This document shows positions 15,365 through 21,361 of a stretch of 21,361 bases of DNA, piece after piece. Source of the DNA: a virus (Duplodnaviria; Heunggongvirae; Uroviricota; Caudoviricetes); the IMG/VR virus record IMGVR_UViG_3300033121_001642, positions 64,001 through 85,361 of that record. The stretch is one strand, 5' to 3'. A model generated the notes under the pieces. It ran no database searches and had not been told where the DNA came from. It was given only the letters and a program-made list of their open reading frames with translations. The stretch's first letter is position 1; every line of letters begins with the position of its first letter. Position numbers and translations under genes: made by a program.

Positions 15365-17638
15365 ATGGCAGATAAACCGATTAGGATGCAACTCCCGAAT
15401 AAGCAAGCTGTTACCAAGATGGCTTCTGCTAAAGGTGTTGTTATGAAAGACGGAGCCGTAACAACCAAGCCTTATTCTACATCTAGCGTTGTTAGTGTTC
15501 CAATTACAAAAGCCGCGCAGTTTGCTGGTTCTGGCGCTAATGTTATTATGGCTCAGCCTATGTTCTTTTCGCCTTTGCACACTCCTCAGAACTGGCAGAT
15601 TGCAAGCAAGAGGAAAGAAGTCTATCAGTGGGCGAGGTTTTATTATGAAAACGAACCCAAAGTCGCTGCTGGTATAGATTTTTACTCGCAGTTCCCAATT
15701 AACGGTCTAAAGCTTGAATGTAAAAAGAAGAGCGTATTACGCTTCTTTGAAAGGCTTATTGAAAAGATAGAGTTGATGTATTGGCTTAGAATGGTAAGCC
15801 ATCAACGTTTTCTTCTTGGCGACGTTTTTGTAATGACTGAAATCGAGTGTCCCCACTGCAAGGGCACGGGCGTTGATTCTGAAAAGAACGAACCATGTAA
15901 TCACCCTGACGGTTCTATAAGCAAGTTGACAGTTCTCAATCCTGATTGGATTGAGGTTATGAAGACTCCTATTTCGCAAGAACCACAGATTGTTCTTTTG
16001 CCAGACGAAGAACTTCAAAGAATTATTCAAACAAAGCAGCCTAAGTTTTTGTATGATCAAATCCCTGATAATATCAAAGTTCAGATTATGGCTAAGAGGC
16101 CTATTTTGCTTTCCAATAGAGTCACAAGCCATGTAAAACATGGCGGAAGCCCTTATGGAACTTATGGAGAATCTCTTCTTCGTAGATTATTTACCGTTTT
16201 GGCATACAAAACAAAGCTTATGACAGCAAACTGGATTGTTGCTGAAAGGCTTATACTTCCGGTTAGAGTTGTTAAGGTTGGTTCGGACGAAAGACCAGCG
16301 GACGACGACGCAATTGCGGACGTTTCTGCTCAGCTTGCTGCGGTTGCTAATGATCCCAATCTTACTATTGTAACTCATAACAATTTTGATTATGAATGGT
16401 ACGGAGCAAGCGGTAAGATACACAACATCAATCAAGAACTCGAATACGTTGGTAAAGAGATTCTTGACGGATTGATGCTTAATCAAACTCTTTTGAACGG
16501 AGAGATGGCCGGTTATAACTCAGCACAGGTCGGTGTTGAGGTTATGATTCGTCGTCTTGAGTCTTGGAGAAATGAACTTGCTCAATGGATTGAGAAGCAT
16601 ATTTTTCTTCCTGTTGCAAAGATGCAAGGGTTTATTGACGAAGAAGCTTCTGAAGAGTTTGGAGAAACAGTCTATCTGTTCCCGAAAGTTAAGTGGGAAG
16701 ATCTTAGACTTAGAGATAATACTAATCAGCTTCAAATGTTCTTACAGATGCAGCAGAGCGGTTTGATTTCTGCTCAAACTCTTTTGGAAGAATTTGATTT
16801 GGATTATGATTTAGAAACGGAAAGAATTAGAAACGAACAAGTACAAGCCATGCAAAACGGACAGCTTATGGCGGGCGGACAGATGGGCGGAATGGGCGGC
16901 GGCATGGGAGGCGGAATGGGCGGCGGAATGGATATGGGCGGTGGCATGGGCGGGGCTCCTGGCATGGACCCAACGGGCGGCATGGGCACTCCTGGCATGG
17001 GCGGGGCTCCTGGTATGGACCCAACAGGTGGCATGGGCGGTGGTATGGGAGGAGGAATGGGTGGAGGTATGGGAGGCGCTCCCGGTGTAGCCGCTGGCGG
17101 AGGAGATGGAAAGATTTACAGAAGAGGTAAGGCTCCTAAAGCTAAAGAAAGCGAAATGCAACCTATAAGACCAACAACCATACAGCTAACCAAGCCTGAA
17201 TCAAAGATGTATAGGACGCTTCTATCCATGAAGCTGCCTTTTAGATTGTTTGCTCAATATAAGCAACCAGTTCCAAGCGATTCAAATTTTTATCTTATGG
17301 ATTTTGCAATTCCTGAGCTTGGTGTTGATATTGAAGTGGACGGAGAAAAGTGGCATTCTTCTGTTGAAGACAGGCAGAAGGATAAAGAAAGAGACATGAC
17401 TCTTGCTTCTTATGGTTGGAGGGTTTTGCGGTTTACCGAGCAAGCTATTGGCGAGCATTTAGACAAGGTTGAGCAAGTCGTTCGCAAAGAAGTTGAAGAG
17501 GCGTCAAAGGAAAAGAAAGCTTTGTCTAAGAAGGCACAAGTAGAAGAAAGTGCGAATTATAAACCTGTTGGGTTTAGTCCTTTTGACGGATGCGTCGTTT
17601 CTAAGTATACTGCTGACAATGGAGCTAAGCAAGGATGA
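15365..17638 (+). CDS. Phage portal protein with Zn-binding insert, Gly/Met-rich linker and C-terminal DUF559/Vsr-like endonuclease domain
   Basis: Portal-like core (WARFYYENEPKVAAGIDFYSQFP, LGDVF, VLNPDWIEV, SPYG..GESLLRRLF, PVRVVKVG) and position upstream of the protease. The C-terminal TKPE...MDFA...IEVDGEKWH...D..RD..L...GWRVLRF matches DUF559. Confidence 0.85.
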   Translation: MADKPIRMQLPNKQAVTKMASAKGVVMKDGAVTTKPYSTSSVVSVPITKAAQFAGSGANVIMAQPMFFSPLHTPQNWQIASKRKEVYQWARFYYENEPKVAAGIDFYSQFPINGLKLECKKKSVLRFFERLIEKIELMYWLRMVSHQRFLLGDVFVMTEIECPHCKGTGVDSEKNEPCNHPDGSISKLTVLNPDWIEVMKTPISQEPQIVLLPDEELQRIIQTKQPKFLYDQIPDNIKVQIMAKRPILLSNRVTSHVKHGGSPYGTYGESLLRRLFTVLAYKTKLMTANWIVAERLILPVRVVKVGSDERPADDDAIADVSAQLAAVANDPNLTIVTHNNFDYEWYGASGKIHNINQELEYVGKEILDGLMLNQTLLNGEMAGYNSAQVGVEVMIRRLESWRNELAQWIEKHIFLPVAKMQGFIDEEASEEFGETVYLFPKVKWEDLRLRDNTNQLQMFLQMQQSGLISAQTLLEEFDLDYDLETERIRNEQVQAMQNGQLMAGGQMGGMGGGMGGGMGGGMDMGGGMGGAPGMDPTGGMGTPGMGGAPGMDPTGGMGGGMGGGMGGGMGGAPGVAAGGGDGKIYRRGKAPKAKESEMQPIRPTTIQLTKPESKMYRTLLSMKLPFRLFAQYKQPVPSDSNFYLMDFAIPELGVDIEVDGEKWHSSVEDRQKDKERDMTLASYGWRVLRFTEQAIGEHLDKVEQVVRKEVEEASKEKKALSKKAQVEESANYKPVGFSPFDGCVVSKYTADNGAKQG
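16868..17110 (+). repeat. Gly/Met-rich GGGM repeats including a duplicated 45-bp block
   Basis: 16943-16987 and 16994-17038 both encode GMGGAPGMDPTGGMG (3 synonymous differences by hand count), flanked by GGGM runs. Confidence 0.92.
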
Positions 17639-18078
17639 ATGATTTAGTTTATAACTTAGAGAAAATTGCTGGTCGTAAACGAATCAAGGACCGCGGTATT
17701 AAGTGGGAAGAGATGTATCGAGAAAGATCTATACCTCTTAAGGAAAAGTTTGAAAAGCAGGTCGGTCCTGGCGCTTATCATAGATGGGAAGGCCATGATT
17801 ATACAACAAACTCAATATATTATGTTGTTGTTGGTCCTTCTTTACAGCATAATGTAGGTAAGGTCTTTTTTGCGGGAATTAAAAAAATCCCTATTGAGGA
17901 GTTTACAAAAGATCCTGACACAAAGACATACAGCCCTTATGGAGAATATTTTCCAACGATAAAGGGCGCGCTTATTTACGCAAGTCAAAGGTGGGGAACC
18001 CCTGTCCCTAAGGGCCAAGTCCCATATAATAGAGAGTCCCTTGTAAACGCAGATATACCGGAGCATGTTAAGGCATGA
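17635..18078 (+). CDS. Hypothetical protein (YNLEKIA leader) between portal and protease
   Basis: ATGA overlap with the portal stop, GGAG upstream, 147 aa. Confidence 0.8.
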   Translation: MNDLVYNLEKIAGRKRIKDRGIKWEEMYRERSIPLKEKFEKQVGPGAYHRWEGHDYTTNSIYYVVVGPSLQHNVGKVFFAGIKKIPIEEFTKDPDTKTYSPYGEYFPTIKGALIYASQRWGTPVPKGQVPYNRESLVNADIPEHVKA

Positions 18079-19958
18079 ACATTGATCCAATGTCAATCAT
18101 TAGTAATCTTTTGCTAAAGCAAGCGGACATGCCTGCTATGCCTGGTTCTATCAATATTAAGAATCGAAGTCTTGATTTTCATGTATTTGACAGAAATAAA
18201 CTTAAGCAGCATCTTTCTAAATTACCAGATGTTGTAAAACAAAGTATACAAAGACAGATAGCCGAGTTCGATAAAGCTTTTAAGAGATTCCCCTCTGCTA
18301 AATCAAACGAGTATTCTGGCATGCTTCGCATTGCTTATGCTGAAGATCGATTAATTGGCGATTCTGAGCTTAAAGACCTTCAAAGAGAGCGTCCTGAACT
18401 TTTGCAGACAGCGCAGTTTGCAAGAGAGTATGGTTTGCAGCTTCCAATAAGCGCTTCAGGATTTTCTGGAGGCAACAAAATAGATAAAGGCATCGGCTCT
18501 AAGCATTGGTTTTCTATTTTTGGTTATGCTTATCAAGACTTGGCCGCAAATGGTCTTCAATATCATGTGTCGCAAAAATATAACAAAATACCTCGGCAGA
18601 TTCAAGAGAATGTTGGTGGAAAAGAATATCCTAACTCGACTAATGGAAACTTTCAAGTCGTTCCGTCTGGTGAGGGTTTTACGTTTGGTATTGTAAACGT
18701 TCATGGCGTTACAAACGTTTTTGATTCAACTGTTACTACAAATACGATTACGATGAAGAAATTCTTCAATGATCCTATTATTATGAATCGTAGCGCTGTT
18801 TATGTTTCTCCTGTAGAAGGTTTTGTTCCTGACGAGCAAGCTCTTGCTGCTCAGTTTAATCCTCAGTCTTTGAATATACGTTACGTCAATAATGCTGATA
18901 TGATTATTAAAAACAATCCTGAGCAAGCTAAGTTTATTTGGGGAATTTTTGCAGATCCAGAATCAGGGGCAATGTATCTTCAGAAAAAGATAAGATATGG
19001 AGCGGGTGGCCGTCCTGCAATTAATAAAGAAACAGGCGAAAGAGTTGAAAGAGTTACGGGCGAAAAGCTTTATTTATCGCAAGAACAAGTAGCCGCTCTT
19101 GCGAATAAGAATACGCTTGGTAAAGTTTATAGAGTAACCGCCCAGGCTCAGGGCGAAGATCTTGATGTTTCTGAGGTTGCAAGCGGATATAAATTTATCT
19201 ATTCAATAGACGACGAGAATACGGTTCAAAAAATAATGAACCCAAAGAACAAGGAAGAGTTTGTTTATTCTGTTCCGGCGTTGAAGCAACTTAAACAGTG
19301 GCTTGATACGAATGTTGATCGTTATTCGTTTGACGAGAATGGCGGTATTGTTAAGGCTCAAAACTCTCATACAGCTTTAGAGGGCTTTATTATTTACATG
19401 GCTGGTCCTGATTTTTCGACAGGACAAAATGCTGGCCAAGCAAAGACCACTGGTAAGCAGGACATGGTTCAGTATAAAGATATTCCAAATGAAGAACCAG
19501 AGTTCTGGGGCGGTTCTGTTGTTACAAACAGACAGTCGTTTGTTGTTGTTGCAAAACAAATATCTATACCAAGAATGATGGCTAGCGAAAGATATTATGA
19601 AACAAAGCTTGGACAAAAGAAACTTATACTTTCTCCTTGGAGAGAAGTTAGAAGCGGATTGCCTTCTCTTTCTTCCGCAGTTGCAGAAATGAAGAAAATT
19701 ATTGTTGGCGAGGGAGGTAGAATTGTTGAAGATAATGAAGGAAATCTAATTGAACAAGATCCGCTACCAAATCTTAGTCCAGAAGCAAAAGGTGTTCAAA
19801 GAGCAGATAAGGTGTTTAATCAGTTTGTAGGAAGAGAGCCGATAAAGCCTATTAAGCAGCCTCCTGTTCTCCGTCCTCCGGTTGAAGATGTTGAGCCTGA
19901 CGCGCAAGCATCTAGTCTAGCTAAGAGAATTATTAGGAGTTTGAACGAAAATGTTTGA
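18075..19958 (+). CDS. Large hypothetical protein
   Basis: ATGA overlap, 627 aa, no family recognised. Confidence 0.82.
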   Translation: MNIDPMSIISNLLLKQADMPAMPGSINIKNRSLDFHVFDRNKLKQHLSKLPDVVKQSIQRQIAEFDKAFKRFPSAKSNEYSGMLRIAYAEDRLIGDSELKDLQRERPELLQTAQFAREYGLQLPISASGFSGGNKIDKGIGSKHWFSIFGYAYQDLAANGLQYHVSQKYNKIPRQIQENVGGKEYPNSTNGNFQVVPSGEGFTFGIVNVHGVTNVFDSTVTTNTITMKKFFNDPIIMNRSAVYVSPVEGFVPDEQALAAQFNPQSLNIRYVNNADMIIKNNPEQAKFIWGIFADPESGAMYLQKKIRYGAGGRPAINKETGERVERVTGEKLYLSQEQVAALANKNTLGKVYRVTAQAQGEDLDVSEVASGYKFIYSIDDENTVQKIMNPKNKEEFVYSVPALKQLKQWLDTNVDRYSFDENGGIVKAQNSHTALEGFIIYMAGPDFSTGQNAGQAKTTGKQDMVQYKDIPNEEPEFWGGSVVTNRQSFVVVAKQISIPRMMASERYYETKLGQKKLILSPWREVRSGLPSLSSAVAEMKKIIVGEGGRIVEDNEGNLIEQDPLPNLSPEAKGVQRADKVFNQFVGREPIKPIKQPPVLRPPVEDVEPDAQASSLAKRIIRSLNENV

Positions 19959-21361
19959 AAAACGAGCAAAAACTAATGCCCAAATGAGCGTTGAAGCTCT
20001 TCATGTTCCTAAAGGTGGCGCATGGGATTATTATAATACTTCTCGCATTAAGGTTGCTTCTATTGATAAGACCAAGAAAGCTGATCTTGGTGGATTTGAT
20101 ATACAGGCGGCAATTGAAAAGAATCCAGACAACCTGTTTGTTAAAGTTTTTGCTATTAAAGCAAATGAAGTAAATGATAATGGCGATTGTTTTTCGGAAG
20201 AGGAACTCAAAAAAGCCGCTCATACCTTTGTTGGCGTTCCTGTTTTTGTAAATCACCAAAATGATAATGTAGAAAACGCAAGAGGCAAGGTTGTTCACTC
20301 TTGGTATGACGAGCCTTCAAAAGGTGTTTATTGCATTAACATGGTTGATAGAGCCGCTTATCCAAGACTTGCTAGAGGTATTGAAGAGGGATACATTACT
20401 GGTACGTCAATGGGAGCGCAGGTTACTTATTCTATTTGCTCAATTTGTCATAATAAAGCTCATACGGCGGACGAGTTTTGCACTCATATAAAGGGCGGTA
20501 AAAATCGTAAAATTAGCGGCAAGTATGATTGCAAGTACCATGATAGCCCTTGTAAGCCCACAGATCCATGCCCTCTAGATGGTAAGAAAAAGAACGAGGA
20601 ACATGAACTTCTTCATAAAGAAGCAAAAGTATATGAATGGAATTATGATATAAAGTTTATTGAAGACTCGTTTGTTGTAAATCCAGCATGCCATGATTGC
20701 TTGGTTTGCGATATTCTCAATCTTGATAATGTAAAAACAAAGGTTGCTGATAAGATTGAAGAATTGAAAAAGGTTGCTTCAAGACTTAGCGGTGCCGTTG
20801 ATACAATGAAAGACGGTTCGCTAGAAAAGACTGCGGGTAAGGCGGAGCTTCAAGCTCTTACTCAAGCCATGAATCTTATGGAGCATGTTGCTCGCTCCAT
20901 GATGGCTCAAAAGCAGCAAATTCAGCTAGATTATGTAAGCGATCTTGTTGAACAACTTGCTAAGGTTCAATCTCTTACTGACGAACTAACAGAGATGGGC
21001 TATGCTCAGCTTCCTTCTCCGCCAGAACAGGCTGTTGCTCTTGGAAATGTTATGTCTTTAGATCCATCAATGGCGGGTACTGGCGCTGCTCAGCAAGTAT
21101 CTAATCCAAGTCAAGTTGGACAAGGCGCTCAAAGCCTAACACAGCCGCCTCAACCTCAAACCACCCCCCAGGGGGCTCCTCAATCCGGCCCTATGGCTGG
21201 ACTGGGAAGCGTTACAAGACCAAGTTTTGTTGGAGCATCTGAAGAATTAAAGAAGGAATTTTTGAAGCAAGGCGAGAATATCACCAGTAAGCTAGCCAGT
21301 GTTAGCTCTGCATTGCGCGCTTCAATCGTTCTGCTAGCACAAAGGAGTAAGGAAGTGGCTG
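19951..21361 (+). CDS. Prohead (capsid maturation) protease, HK97-like fold, with Cys/His-rich insert and long C-terminal extension (3' partial; absent from supplied ORF track)
   Basis: Hand translation shows an open frame of 470 codons to the window end, with AGGAG at 19935-19939. Motifs: NDNGDCF, PVFVNHQ (His codon 20254), GTSMG (Ser codon 20407) and FIEDSFVVNPA (E-x-S-x-V-x-x-P-A). Confidence 0.87.
   Translation, partial: MFEKRAKTNAQMSVEALHVPKGGAWDYYNTSRIKVASIDKTKKADLGGFDIQAAIEKNPDNLFVKVFAIKANEVNDNGDCFSEEELKKAAHTFVGVPVFVNHQNDNVENARGKVVHSWYDEPSKGVYCINMVDRAAYPRLARGIEEGYITGTSMGAQVTYSICSICHNKAHTADEFCTHIKGGKNRKISGKYDCKYHDSPCKPTDPCPLDGKKKNEEHELLHKEAKVYEWNYDIKFIEDSFVVNPACHDCLVCDILNLDNVKTKVADKIEELKKVASRLSGAVDTMKDGSLEKTAGKAELQALTQAMNLMEHVARSMMAQKQQIQLDYVSDLVEQLAKVQSLTDELTEMGYAQLPSPPEQAVALGNVMSLDPSMAGTGAAQQVSNPSQVGQGAQSLTQPPQPQTTPQGAPQSGPMAGLGSVTRPSFVGASEELKKEFLKQGENITSKLASVSSALRASIVLLAQRSKEVA

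Noticed and set aside
17186-17638. DUF559 domain as part of an intein in the portal
   Set aside because: No intein block A before it and no His-Asn-(Cys/Ser/Thr) junction after it.
343-20491. Remaining short antisense and out-of-frame ORFs in the track
   Set aside because: Each lies within a longer, RBS-supported gene in a fully tiled region and has no motif support.
1-21361. Possible stop-codon reassignment (none of the called genes ends in TAG)
   Set aside because: Genes tile the window under the standard code with no in-frame TAG or TGA interruptions, and TAG is commonly the rarest stop. There is no evidence of recoding here.
1-21361. tRNA, rRNA, structured ncRNA or intrinsic terminators
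   Set aside because: The largest intergenic gaps are about 80-95 nt and show no cloverleaf or strong hairpin plus U-tract.

Overview
The window is a gene-dense, mostly plus-strand head-morphogenesis region of a large tailed dsDNA phage (Caudoviricetes). The host cannot be assigned, but bacterial-type AGGAG ribosome-binding sites and the standard genetic code are used. The recognisable landmarks are a large terminase with a LAGLIDADG intein in its Walker A motif (5'-truncated), a portal protein, and an HK97-fold prohead protease that runs off the 3' end and is missing from the supplied ORF track. The portal carries a Zn-binding insert, a Gly/Met-rich linker and a C-terminal DUF559/Vsr-like nuclease domain. 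Eighteen genes lie between terminase and portal: mostly hypothetical proteins, plus a 2H phosphoesterase, a winged-helix-like protein, a DUF192/WYL-like fusion and an inverted three-gene glycan cassette (small lectin-like protein, pyruvyl transferase, GT4). The most striking unexplained pattern is a recurring K-x-A(Q/S) motif, often as [FY]NLxKxA, near the N-termini of many unrelated plus-strand proteins. This suggests a shared capsid-targeting or protease-processing tag for virion cargo. A canonical A_AAA_AAG -1 frameshift site would fuse the two genes just upstream of the portal. No tRNA, rRNA or CRISPR array was seen. All family assignments come from motif recognition by eye, not from database searches.
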